From positions 7,604 to 71,603 of the forward strand of contig JAZRUY010000034.1 of the NCBI GenBank assembly GCA_045598845.1: a stretch of 64,000 nt of DNA, read 5' to 3'. The stretch is from Victivallaceae bacterium. Lineage in GTDB: Bacteria > Verrucomicrobiota > Lentisphaeria > Victivallales > Victivallaceae. A model generated the notes under the pieces. That model worked only from the letters and a program-made list of their open reading frames with translations, did not search any database and was not told the DNA's origin. This document shows, piece by piece, positions 17,567 to 26,490 of this stretch; within the stretch, counting starts at the first letter, position 1; every line of letters starts with the position of its first letter. The position numbers and the translations under genes are program-made.

Positions 17567-18767
17567 AATTAAATCCGGCATCGCGTTATCGCTGCTGTGC
17601 TCCCTTCTGCCGCTCGGCGGAGCCGGTATTCCGGATAAACTCCGGGATATGGCCGCGGCAGGTGACTCCAATGCCCAGGTTATTCTGGCCGGAAGATATT
17701 TCAACGGGGCTTCCGGTTATCCCGCGGATATAGATTTAGCGGTGTACTGGTACCGCCGCGCCGCCGCCGCCGGCAATTCTGATGCTCAATACGCCCTGGG
17801 AATTATTAACTTGAACGGCATCGGAATGGAACAGAACCGGGAAGAGGCCTGGAATCTGATTCGCGCCGCCGCCGCGACAGGTCACAATAAGGCAATGGTG
17901 ATGGAAGCGGTATTGACCTTCAACGGTATTCCGCAGATAAAAGACGCCGATCCGGAATCGGCTCTGGATATGCTGGCTAGAAATCCGTCCAGAGAAGCAG
18001 GGATAACCTTTGCCGGCTTAGCCAGGCGCAACGGCAGTGATTCGGAAAAAGCTTTCGCCAGGCTGGATGATCTGGCCGGCAACAACGACCCTGACGGCGC
18101 GGCGGCTTTTTTGCTTTCCGAATATTACCGGGACGGATTCGGCTGCCGTATGTCGGATGAAAAAGAAGTTGAACTGCTGCGGATTGCGGCGGAAAAAAAT
18201 CATTTAAAAGCCAAAATAAGATATGCTGAAATTCTGGATAACGGATTTAAGACGGAACCGGACCGCGAGAAAGCTCATCGTCTGCTTCAGGAATGCCGCG
18301 ACAGCGGCAGCGCTGACGGAATAACCGCATGGGCCAGACATCTGCTTTACGGTTGTCCTGAACTTGATTCCCGTCCGGATGAGGCTTTCCGGATGCTGGA
18401 ATCGGTGGTTGACAAAACACCGGAAAATCTTTTTTTACTCGGCAGATGCCATGAACTCGGCGCCGGTACCGGTGCGGATGCTGAAAAAGCCTATGATTTT
18501 TACCGGAACGCCGCGGAAACCGGAAATCCGGATGCGCAATATGCCTGCGGCAGATGTCTGGAAAACGGTATAGGAACTGAACCTAACCGTGATTTGGCGG
18601 TGCTTATGTATCAGATGGCGGCGGAGCAGAAACATATTGAATCCATACGGGAACTGGGCAGAATAATCATTGAATCAGGTGAAAATATCGGCGAGGGATT
18701 AAAATTGCTTAAATATGCCGCCGAAGCCGGTGACGCCAAGGCGCTGATGATGATAAATCAGCTTTGA
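17544..18767 (+). CDS. Sel1-repeat (TPR-like) protein, probably secreted
   Basis: Repeated Sel1 units (AQ..LG..Y..G.G...D...A..WY..AA..G...A). The N-terminal hydrophobic segment KIKSGIALSLLCSLLPLGGAG fits a TTG start at 17544. The track start at 17370 lies inside lpxD and is rejected. The start is uncertain. Confidence 0.65.
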   Translation: MKKCANSKIKSGIALSLLCSLLPLGGAGIPDKLRDMAAAGDSNAQVILAGRYFNGASGYPADIDLAVYWYRRAAAAGNSDAQYALGIINLNGIGMEQNREEAWNLIRAAAATGHNKAMVMEAVLTFNGIPQIKDADPESALDMLARNPSREAGITFAGLARRNGSDSEKAFARLDDLAGNNDPDGAAAFLLSEYYRDGFGCRMSDEKEVELLRIAAEKNHLKAKIRYAEILDNGFKTEPDREKAHRLLQECRDSGSADGITAWARHLLYGCPELDSRPDEAFRMLESVVDKTPENLFLLGRCHELGAGTGADAEKAYDFYRNAAETGNPDAQYACGRCLENGIGTEPNRDLAVLMYQMAAEQKHIESIRELGRIIIESGENIGEGLKLLKYAAEAGDAKALMMINQL

Positions 18768-19804
18768 TAGACGGATAAATCGATTTGTTGAGCCCCGTTC
18801 AATTCTTCATCCGGAAACTCGGTGAAAGTATAAAAGCATTGATCCGCGGATGATATATTTTCAAAAAACAACCGGCGGTTACGGCGGTCAAGTTCACATG
18901 TAACATCGTCAATAAGCACTGCCGTACGCTGTCCTGAACCCGATTTAACCAGTTTGAATTCCGCTATACGGCTGAAAAGAGCGATAAGTCTTTTCTGACC
19001 GTTGGATCCGAAACTACGCAGTATTCTGCCGTCAAGACAAAAATCAAAATCATCCTGATGCGGTCCGTATGACGTATGCCCCCTCAATGCGTCTCTGGTT
19101 CTGGAATTTTCCAGAAGTTTTATTATTTCGTCCTTACTTTTTTCAGCCGGTCCTGAATAACGGATATCGAATTTACCCCAGTCCGGCGGAATCATATCTT
19201 TGATATAATCTGTAACTTCAGCAGCGGCTTTGATTCGTCGTCTGCATATTTCCGGGGCATAATCAGCCATTACATTTTCAAAAATATCCAAAGCGGCAGG
19301 TGAATTCGATTTAAGCGCGCAATTACGCTGCTTTACGGCCCGTGTGTACTCCGAAAGCATATTGAAATACCTTAAATCAACCGCGGATATCAGTATATCG
19401 AAAAACCGGCGGCGGAAACAGGCGCTGCCGCCGGTGATATTGATATCTTCCGGAGAAAAAGCGACTGTGCGGAATTCACGGATGAAATCGCTGGACTTTA
19501 AAATTCTTCCGCCGTTTATAAACAATTCTCTGCGGTCATGGTGCTGGATTAAAGCGATTTTCTCACGGATTCCTGTATCCATTTCCGCGGATACTGAAAA
19601 ACCGGCTGTTCCGCACCGTATCATTTCTTTCCACTGTGACCCCCGGAAACTGCGCAGAATACTGAGCATGCTTATTGCTTCCAGCATATTGCTTTTACCG
19701 CTGCCGTTACGACCGGTAAAAATAACCGTCTGACCGGTAAATAAAAACTCGCCTTTTTCAATATTCCTGAAATCGGCGAGTTGTATTTTTGTCAGCAGAG
19801 GCAT
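18758..19804 (-). CDS. recF: DNA replication and repair protein RecF
   Basis: 348 aa. Walker A GRNGSGKSNMLEAI, SGSNGQKR-like signature (GSNGQKRLIAL) and Walker B VLIDDV. Confidence 0.9.
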   Translation of the reverse strand: MPLLTKIQLADFRNIEKGEFLFTGQTVIFTGRNGSGKSNMLEAISMLSILRSFRGSQWKEMIRCGTAGFSVSAEMDTGIREKIALIQHHDRRELFINGGRILKSSDFIREFRTVAFSPEDINITGGSACFRRRFFDILISAVDLRYFNMLSEYTRAVKQRNCALKSNSPAALDIFENVMADYAPEICRRRIKAAAEVTDYIKDMIPPDWGKFDIRYSGPAEKSKDEIIKLLENSRTRDALRGHTSYGPHQDDFDFCLDGRILRSFGSNGQKRLIALFSRIAEFKLVKSGSGQRTAVLIDDVTCELDRRNRRLFFENISSADQCFYTFTEFPDEELNGAQQIDLSVYQS

Positions 19805-19818
19805 TAAAAAACGTAAAA

Positions 19819-20913
19819 TTATGCTTTCGTATTGCGGATCGGCATGATAATGTAGAGAAAGCCTTCGTTGCCTTCAAACGCCATCGGCATAACCGAATCG
19901 TTCATCTTTATTTTCAAAGTGTCGAAATCCACATTGCGCAGGGGATCGGATAGAAACACCGGATTATACAAAGCGCTGAAATCATTTCCCTGATAATTCA
20001 GTTCCATAATTTCATCCGCTTCACCTACATCCTGACTGAAAGCGTGCAACCCCAGACTGCCGGATGAAAATTTAACATTGATATAAGATTCTGCGGAAAG
20101 AACCATGGAAACCGTAGATATCTTTTTCAAAAAATCAGCGGAGGATATTTCCGCTTCATCCTTGAATGAAGTGGGGATAACCTGACGGTAATTAGGATAA
20201 TTTCCTTCAATAAGCCTGGAAACAAGCACAAATCCGGAAGATTTTACCATGCAGCCGCGGTCTGAAAAAGCAATTTCAACTGTTTCATCACCTTCAAGCA
20301 TGCGTTTGAGTTCATTGGCGGCTTTCAGCGGTACAACCGCATCGCCTTCTCCGTCGCATGCTTCAGCCGTTTTTTCATAAACCGCCATTCTTTTACCGTC
20401 GGTGCCGACCATCGTCAGCAGCCCGTCATGCACGCTGATAAGAATACCGGTAAGCACTTTACGGGAATCATCCGCTGAAACGGCATAATAAACACCGGAC
20501 AGCATCCGTTTAAGCTCCGATGATTTTATTTTAATGTTTCTCAGCACCTTAAAATCCTCCGCCTCGGGAAATTCCGACGCCTGCATGCCGCGCAGTACGA
20601 ATTTACCGTTGCCGCACTCGAATTTAAGGTTATCATTTTCATCCGCGTAAAAATCTATTTTATCCGCGCTGAAGCAACCGATTAAACCGGACAATTTTTT
20701 AGCCGGAACAGTAGTTTTACCGCTTTCCGAAACTTCCGCTTCCAATTCAGTGGACATCCGCAGTTCCAAATCGGTGGAGGTAAGTTTAAGTTTTCCGTCC
20801 TCCGCTTCAATCAGCACATTGCTGAGAATCGGTATCTGTGATCTCGAGCCAGCCGCCACACCGATCTTCTGCATTGCTTTCTGAAGTTTCTCACGCTGAA
20901 TTGAGAATTTCAT
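19819..20913 (-). CDS. dnaN: DNA polymerase III subunit beta (sliding clamp)
   Basis: 364 aa. MKFSIQREKLQKAMQ..., IPILSNVLIEAEDGKLKLTSTDLE, three-domain clamp length, followed by recF. Confidence 0.92.
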   Translation of the reverse strand: MKFSIQREKLQKAMQKIGVAAGSRSQIPILSNVLIEAEDGKLKLTSTDLELRMSTELEAEVSESGKTTVPAKKLSGLIGCFSADKIDFYADENDNLKFECGNGKFVLRGMQASEFPEAEDFKVLRNIKIKSSELKRMLSGVYYAVSADDSRKVLTGILISVHDGLLTMVGTDGKRMAVYEKTAEACDGEGDAVVPLKAANELKRMLEGDETVEIAFSDRGCMVKSSGFVLVSRLIEGNYPNYRQVIPTSFKDEAEISSADFLKKISTVSMVLSAESYINVKFSSGSLGLHAFSQDVGEADEIMELNYQGNDFSALYNPVFLSDPLRNVDFDTLKIKMNDSVMPMAFEGNEGFLYIIMPIRNTKA

Positions 20914-21371
20914 TTTTACTCCTCCTTCAATAATTAAGAATTTTAACTGTAATTTACATCAAAACCGGTAAAAAACAATTCTTTTTAAACAGATTATACC
21001 AAATAAATCTTATATCCGCTTTCCGATGTTATGCCTTTATGACGCGTTTACTGTGTTTTTCTTTTTAAATTCAAATTAAATTTAAGTAGTAACAGACCGC
21101 TTGAATATTTGTTTATAAACACATAACGTTCTTAAATACAACATTTTATAAATTATATTCTCTGTTAATAATTATGTTCTTTTTTGTATTAATCGCGGTT
21201 GAAGAATCTGTCTTCATACATTTCAACAGTTTATTAACCGCCTGTTAACTGATCTGTTAAGTAAATACCGTTCCGTTTACGGATATTGACTTTATACCCC
21301 GGTAACAATATAGTATATCATTATGAAACATTATTACAGACGGACGGATTTTCTTGCACCGGGGATAACTT
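20914..21371. promoter_or_regulatory. 458-bp strongly AT-rich divergent control region between dnaN and gmhA
   Basis: Read directly: long A/T tracts in an otherwise GC-rich window. It contains the gmhA promoter candidate and CTGTTAA direct repeats. No canonical DnaA box was found, so no origin function is asserted. Confidence 0.5.
21286..21314 (+). promoter_or_regulatory. sigma70-like promoter TTGACT-17-TATAGT for gmhA-uppS-cdsA
   Basis: TTGACT 21286-21291, 17-nt spacer, TATAGT 21309-21314, about 57 nt upstream of the gmhA ATG. Confidence 0.5.
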
Positions 21372-22022
21372 ATGCCGGATGAACGGGAATATTTACTGAA
21401 GAACGGGTTTCTCGATGACTCTTTCTTTGCCGATGAGCATTTTTTTTCCGTAATCGCCGAGGCGGTATCATGTTTCAAAAGCGGCGGTACGCTGTTTGTC
21501 TGCGGAAACGGAGGCAGTGCCGCTGATGCGGATCATATTTGCGGTGAATTATTGAAGGGATTTATGCTGCGCCGCGGTCTCAGTGAATCCGAGCAGTCTG
21601 AATTCCGCCGCGTTTTCGGAGAGGAAGGACGCGAGATAGCGTCTAAATTACAGGGCGGTATCCGGGCGGTATCCTTGTTGAGTCATCCGGGATTTACCAG
21701 TGCTTTTCTTAATGATGTTGACGGCGAATTGAGTTTCGCCCAGCAGCTTTGGGCTTTGGGGCGCCGCGGTGATATGCTGATGGGCATCAGCACCGGAGGC
21801 GGCGCTGAAAATGTTAAAAAAGCGCTGATCACCGCTAAGATCATGGGGATAAAAACCGTATTGCTGACCGGTAACCGTCACGGTGAATGTGAAAAGTATT
21901 CTGATACTGTGCTAAGGGTTCCTGATTCCAGAACTTATAAAATTCAGGAGTCCCATATAAAGATGTATCATGCGTTTTGCGCCGCGGTAGAATATGCCAT
22001 GTACGGAAATGAATTATCATGA
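21372..22022 (+). CDS. gmhA: SIS-domain D-sedoheptulose-7-phosphate isomerase
   Basis: 216 aa. GGTLFVCGNGGSAADADHICGEL and a SIS fold pattern consistent with GmhA. The 4-nt overlap with uppS suggests one operon. Confidence 0.78.
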   Translation: MPDEREYLLKNGFLDDSFFADEHFFSVIAEAVSCFKSGGTLFVCGNGGSAADADHICGELLKGFMLRRGLSESEQSEFRRVFGEEGREIASKLQGGIRAVSLLSHPGFTSAFLNDVDGELSFAQQLWALGRRGDMLMGISTGGGAENVKKALITAKIMGIKTVLLTGNRHGECEKYSDTVLRVPDSRTYKIQESHIKMYHAFCAAVEYAMYGNELS

Positions 22023-22708
22023 GTGATTTACAGTCTGTTCCGAATCATGTTGCTATTATTATGGACGGTAACGGGCGCTGGGCGGAGCGTCGCGGTCTTC
22101 CCCGGGTTGAAGGACACCGTAAGGGAGCGGAGCGGGTTTCCGATATTATGCGTGCCGCAAAATCAGCCGGAGTGAAATATCTCACTTTATACGCTTTCAG
22201 TACTGAAAACTGGAAACGGAGTCCTGCCGAAGTGGCCGCTCTGATGAATTTGCTCAGTGATTTTCTTGATGAGAAGTTACCGGAACTGCAGCGTGAAAAT
22301 GTCAGATTGAACGCGATAGGCAGGCTGGATAAACTTCCAGCTTATAAAAAATTGCTGAAAGTAATGGAATTAACTTCCGGTAACACTTCCGGGGTACTGA
22401 ATCTGGCTTTGAATTACGGCGGCCGCGCGGAAATAACCGATGCGGTGAATAAAATAATCGCATCAGGAAAACGCAATATAAGCGAAGATGATTTTCACCG
22501 CTATCTTTATTCTCCGGATATTCCGGATCCGGATCTGCTTATCCGCACCAGCGGTGAAATGCGGATAAGCAACTTTCTGCTTTGGGAACTGTCTTATTCG
22601 GAAATTTATGTCACCGATGTTTTGTGGCCGGATTTCGATGCCGCCGAGTTTCAGGCGGCGTTATCCGATTACAGCGGTCGCGACCGGCGGTTCGGCGGAA
22701 GAAAATAA
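22019..22708 (+). CDS. uppS: isoprenyl transferase (undecaprenyl diphosphate synthase)
   Basis: HVAIIMDGNGRWA, YLTLYAFSTENWKR, RTSGEMRISNFLLWE motifs. Confidence 0.92.
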   Translation: MSDLQSVPNHVAIIMDGNGRWAERRGLPRVEGHRKGAERVSDIMRAAKSAGVKYLTLYAFSTENWKRSPAEVAALMNLLSDFLDEKLPELQRENVRLNAIGRLDKLPAYKKLLKVMELTSGNTSGVLNLALNYGGRAEITDAVNKIIASGKRNISEDDFHRYLYSPDIPDPDLLIRTSGEMRISNFLLWELSYSEIYVTDVLWPDFDAAEFQAALSDYSGRDRRFGGRK

Positions 22709-22729
22709 CGAAAAAATAACGGTCATATT

Positions 22730-23605
22730 ATGTTAAAATCACGGATTATAAGTTTTCCGCTGCTGATTGCGGCTTTTGCTTTGATGCTGTACTACTGGCA
22801 GTACGGGATATTCGTTATTTCTGTCACAGGAATCATTTGCGCCGGATTACTTGCCCGTGAATTATCCGTTATTTTTTCCGCGCTGGGAATGCCTTGCCGC
22901 AGTAAGATAACGATAGCGGAATCAGTTTGCGCTTCCGTTATTTGTATGTCAGAATCGTTTCATTTCGCCTTGGCTTCATCAACAGTATTCATTATATTCA
23001 TTAATTCTTTCTTCGCGGTTGAGTTGCTTGCATTGGCGGTGCTGATTTTCCTGGAATTTTATGAAACGGTTAAACCGGTTTTCGTCTATGATAAAATCAC
23101 GGCGGTGAAATCCAGGCTGGTCTCCTGCGGGATATCCGTTTTCGTAGTTTTAATAATTCTTCCCATGGCATTGCTGTTGTTACGCCCGGCGCGCTATATG
23201 ATGTTTTTTATCGTTGCCACTAAAACGATGGATACCGGAGGTTATATCTTCGGGATGCTGAGTTCTTATCTTCCCGGCGGTAATCATAAAATCGCTCCGG
23301 CGGTGAGTCCGAAAAAGTCCTGGGAAGGTTTTGCCGGCGGTTTGCTGCTCAACGCGGCGGCGGTATATCTGATGTGGAAGTACGCTTTTCCTTCCGCTTC
23401 GCTGGTTTTTTCCGTAATTTCAGGTATAATTCTCGGTATCGGCAGTTTCTTCGGCGATTTGACGGAATCAGGGGTGAAGCGGGCCGCCGGCATCAAGGAT
23501 TCCGGCAATCTGCTCCCCGGCATGGGCGGGGTATTCGATGTACTGGACAGTTTTATTTATAACGGCTGGATTTTCGTGATTCTATCGGCGATATTCGGAT
23601 TTTAA
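22730..23605 (+). CDS. cdsA: phosphatidate cytidylyltransferase
   Basis: 291 aa polytopic membrane protein with SPKKSWEG and C-terminal GDL.ES..KR..G.KDSG..LPGMGGVFD signature. Confidence 0.8.
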   Translation: MLKSRIISFPLLIAAFALMLYYWQYGIFVISVTGIICAGLLARELSVIFSALGMPCRSKITIAESVCASVICMSESFHFALASSTVFIIFINSFFAVELLALAVLIFLEFYETVKPVFVYDKITAVKSRLVSCGISVFVVLIILPMALLLLRPARYMMFFIVATKTMDTGGYIFGMLSSYLPGGNHKIAPAVSPKKSWEGFAGGLLLNAAAVYLMWKYAFPSASLVFSVISGIILGIGSFFGDLTESGVKRAAGIKDSGNLLPGMGGVFDVLDSFIYNGWIFVILSAIFGF

Positions 23606-23660
23606 TGTATTTTTACCGTTTGTAAATGTTTATGGCACAGTTAACGGGAGTCAGCGTGTT

Positions 23661-24149
23661 ATGGAAGAAAAAATAATTGCTCTTCTGAGTGAAAATGCCA
23701 GGATGGGGATGGATGAACTGGCGGCCCGGGCGGGCACAACGGAAAAAAACGCCGCGAAAATCATTGCCGGATTGGAAAAGCGCGGAGTTATCTGCGGTTA
23801 TACCGCGATTCTGAATGAAGATGAACTGGCCAAGTCCGACCGTATTGTGAAAGCGCTTATCGAAGTGAAAATAACTCCGCGGCGCGACGGCGGTTTTGAT
23901 TCCGTGGCCCGCCGTATCGCCCGTTTCCCTGAAGTTACGGATGTGCTGCTCATTTCCGGCGGATTTGATTTGCTGCTCACGGTAGAGGGACGCTCTTTGC
24001 AGGAGGTGGCGTCTTTCGTGGCGGCCAAACTTTCCACTATTGACGGTGTTATTTCCTGTAACACCGGTTTTATGCTGAAAAAATATAAGGAATCCGGCAG
24101 GATAATGCAATGCGATGAAGATTATGAAAGACTCAAAGTCACCCCGTAA
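23661..24149 (+). CDS. Lrp/AsnC family transcriptional regulator
   Basis: 162 aa. N-terminal HTH (IIALLSENARMGMDELAARAG) and C-terminal RAM/AsnC-type ligand domain pattern. Confidence 0.85.
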   Translation: MEEKIIALLSENARMGMDELAARAGTTEKNAAKIIAGLEKRGVICGYTAILNEDELAKSDRIVKALIEVKITPRRDGGFDSVARRIARFPEVTDVLLISGGFDLLLTVEGRSLQEVASFVAAKLSTIDGVISCNTGFMLKKYKESGRIMQCDEDYERLKVTP

Positions 24150-25305
24150 AAGTTATGTCGCCGCCAATATCGCCGGGTTGAAGAAAAGCGGAATCCGCGA
24201 ATTCTTCGACTTGGTCAGCACCATGGACGATGTGGTGAGTCTCGGTGTCGGCGAGCCGGATTTCGTTACCCCGTGGGTTATCCGCGAAAGCGGAATTTTC
24301 TCTTTGGAAAAAGGGCATACCGGTTATACCTCCAATTTAGGTATGCCGGCGCTGCGGCAGGAAATCTGCCGGTATGTGGCTTCCGGATATCATGTTGAGT
24401 ACAATTGGAAAAATGAATGTCTGGTCACTATCGGGGTAAGCGAGGCGCTGGATATCGCGATGCGGGCTCTGCTGGAGCCTGGTGACGAGGTGCTTTATAC
24501 GGAGCCGTGCTTTGTTTCTTATCCGGCCGAAGTGATTATGGCCCGCGGCGTTCCTGTTCCGGTGCCGACTTTCAGCCGCGACGGATTCGCTTTGGATCCC
24601 GGCGAGCTGGAAAAGCGGATAACTCCGAAAACCAAGCTCCTGTTACTGAATTTTCCCTGTAATCCCACCGGCGCGGAAATGCCGAAAGACAAACTTAAGC
24701 AGGTGGCCGCGCTGGCGGTAAAATACGATTTGGCGGTGATTACGGATGAAATTTATTCCGAATTGCTTTACGATGGCAAACATACTTCGATTGCTTCGCT
24801 GCCCGGTATGCGGGAGCGGACGGTTTTTCTGCACGGATTTTCCAAGGCTTTCGCCATGACCGGCTGGCGCATCGGTTATGCCTGCGGTCCAAGCGAAATC
24901 ATCGATGCGATGATGAAAATACACCAGTATGCCATCATGTGCGCTCCCACCACTGCGCAGGAGGCGGCGCTGGAGGCTTTGCGCGGCGGCACCCGCGAGA
25001 TGGAACGGATGCGGGCAAGTTATATGGAGCGGCGCAATATCATTGTATCCGGATTCAACCGTATCGGTCTTCCGTGCCTGATGCCCAAAGGCGCATTCTA
25101 TGCGTTTCCTTCTATTGCCGGCACCGGCCTGAGTTCGGTGGATTTCGCCGGAAAATTGCTTAAAAGCGAGCGGGTGGCGGTGGTTCCCGGCAGTGCCTTC
25201 GGAGCCAGCGGCGAGGGATTTGTAAGGTGCAGTTATGCCGCCGGCATTGCGGAAATCCGTGAAGCGCTGGTGCGCATCGAGCGTTTTTTAAGTCGTCTTG
25301 CGTAA
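24115..25305 (+). CDS. class I/II PLP-dependent aminotransferase (aspartate/aromatic aminotransferase-like)
   Basis: 396 aa. LGVGEPDF, NFPCNPTG, SKAFAMTGWRIGY (PLP lysine motif). Start 24115 or 24124. Overlaps the Lrp gene end. Confidence 0.85.
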   Translation: MKIMKDSKSPRKSYVAANIAGLKKSGIREFFDLVSTMDDVVSLGVGEPDFVTPWVIRESGIFSLEKGHTGYTSNLGMPALRQEICRYVASGYHVEYNWKNECLVTIGVSEALDIAMRALLEPGDEVLYTEPCFVSYPAEVIMARGVPVPVPTFSRDGFALDPGELEKRITPKTKLLLLNFPCNPTGAEMPKDKLKQVAALAVKYDLAVITDEIYSELLYDGKHTSIASLPGMRERTVFLHGFSKAFAMTGWRIGYACGPSEIIDAMMKIHQYAIMCAPTTAQEAALEALRGGTREMERMRASYMERRNIIVSGFNRIGLPCLMPKGAFYAFPSIAGTGLSSVDFAGKLLKSERVAVVPGSAFGASGEGFVRCSYAAGIAEIREALVRIERFLSRLA

Positions 25306-25960
25306 GTTTATCGTAAAATATTTTCTGATACTTTCCGTTCCGGCGGCAGTGTTTTTCCCTTTGCGCGCCGATGTTTATCTTCCGGCATCTGCCGCCGCTG
25401 TTTCATCCGTTGCGGATTGCGGCGGAGCGGTTTTCCGCCGCGCCTGCCGGATTAACGGAATTCCGCTTGAACTGGAAGTCTATTCCGTTAAATCCGCTCT
25501 GGCGGATTTTCTTACCCGCCTGACCTGCCGTTTCCCTGCCGCATCGGTCTGCGGTTTCGGCAACGGCGCCCGGGTGGAAATATCTTCCGGAAACTCATTG
25601 GAGCGCCTGCTGGTAATTTCCTGCGGCGATGACCGTCCGCTGACGGTTTTCCGCACTGTTCTGCCTCCTGATGCCGTCTCAGCGGAACCGGTCTGGAGCA
25701 AGGACTTGCCGCGGTTGCCGGCCGGAGCCGCTCCTTTGCAGGTGCTGGAATTCTCCGGCGGCACTGTCTGCGGTATGTTTTCTATAAACGGGGATGCCGG
25801 GCCGGTGTTCCGCGTTTCCGACTCCGGACTGCGGTCGGCCGGCTGGATTCCGGCGGCCGATTCGGAAGATTCCGGCGGTATGTACCGCCGCGGCGATGAG
25901 CTTCTGCAAACGGAATTTTCAAGTTCCGGAATCGGAACTTACTGCTTGTACCGGAGATGA
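25298..25960 (+). CDS. hypothetical secreted protein
   Basis: 220 aa. TTG start overlapping the aminotransferase stop. N-terminal signal peptide (KYFLILSVPAAVFFPLRA). No family recognised. Confidence 0.45.
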   Translation: MRKFIVKYFLILSVPAAVFFPLRADVYLPASAAAVSSVADCGGAVFRRACRINGIPLELEVYSVKSALADFLTRLTCRFPAASVCGFGNGARVEISSGNSLERLLVISCGDDRPLTVFRTVLPPDAVSAEPVWSKDLPRLPAGAAPLQVLEFSGGTVCGMFSINGDAGPVFRVSDSGLRSAGWIPAADSEDSGGMYRRGDELLQTEFSSSGIGTYCLYRR

Positions 25961-25983
25961 ATTTTTCGGATTGACGGCTGCCG

Positions 25984-26490
25984 TCAGTAAATATATCCGT
26001 ACATCAGGGATGCCAGTTCTTCGTTCAGTTCTTCCGCATCTTCAGCCGCATTGTAGTAGTAATCCGCCAGAGTCAGGACTATATCGGAAACAGTGAATAA
26101 ATTTTCATCCTGGTTATCAGCGGCGGTTTCATTTCCGCTGCCGATATCCCACCGTTCCAGCACTTCGTCCAGCTCCGCGGCGAGCGCTTCGTCCGCGGAA
26201 TATATTTCACTCGTCTCCTCCGGCAAATATTCCTCAAGACCGTAAATCCCGGTTTCGGATGCCGTATAAAATGTTGTTTCCGAAGCGGGAGATTCCGCCG
26301 GAATGAATCTTTCCGTTGTCCACATCAGCGCGGCGCACAATACCGCCGCCGCGGCGATCCATTTCGGCGCGGCGGTCATACGCCGGCCCAGCCTGATTGC
26401 CGCGGCTTTTTTTCCGGCGGCCGCCAGGATGCGCGCCTCCGTTTCCGCCGGAATTACCGCAATCTGTTTTTCATTCGGAAAGTTATTCAT
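25984..26490 (-). CDS. putative anti-sigma factor (single-pass membrane protein, acidic C-terminal domain)
   Basis: 168 aa. ATGA overlap with the upstream ECF sigma gene. One TM segment (WIAAAAVLCAALMW). Very acidic extracytoplasmic tail. The call rests mainly on position. Confidence 0.55.
   Translation of the reverse strand: MNNFPNEKQIAVIPAETEARILAAAGKKAAAIRLGRRMTAAPKWIAAAAVLCAALMWTTERFIPAESPASETTFYTASETGIYGLEEYLPEETSEIYSADEALAAELDEVLERWDIGSGNETAADNQDENLFTVSDIVLTLADYYYNAAEDAEELNEELASLMYGYIY

Noticed and set aside
20914-21371. Calling this region oriC on the basis of DnaA boxes
   Set aside because: The best matches to TTATCCACA are only 7 of 9. dnaA is absent and the flanking gene orientation is not origin-like on the left side. 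It is kept as a finding, not as an origin feature.
21257-21478. 73-aa minus-strand ORF overlapping the gmhA start
   Set aside because: It overlaps the gmhA coding start and its promoter. It has no SD and a Ser/Lys-rich low-complexity sequence.
25966-25990. Hairpin TGACGG-CTG-CCGTCA between the convergent 25298 gene and the anti-sigma gene as a bidirectional terminator
   Set aside because: It has only a 6-bp stem with a 3-nt loop and no T-tract on either strand after the stem. That is not enough for a terminator call.
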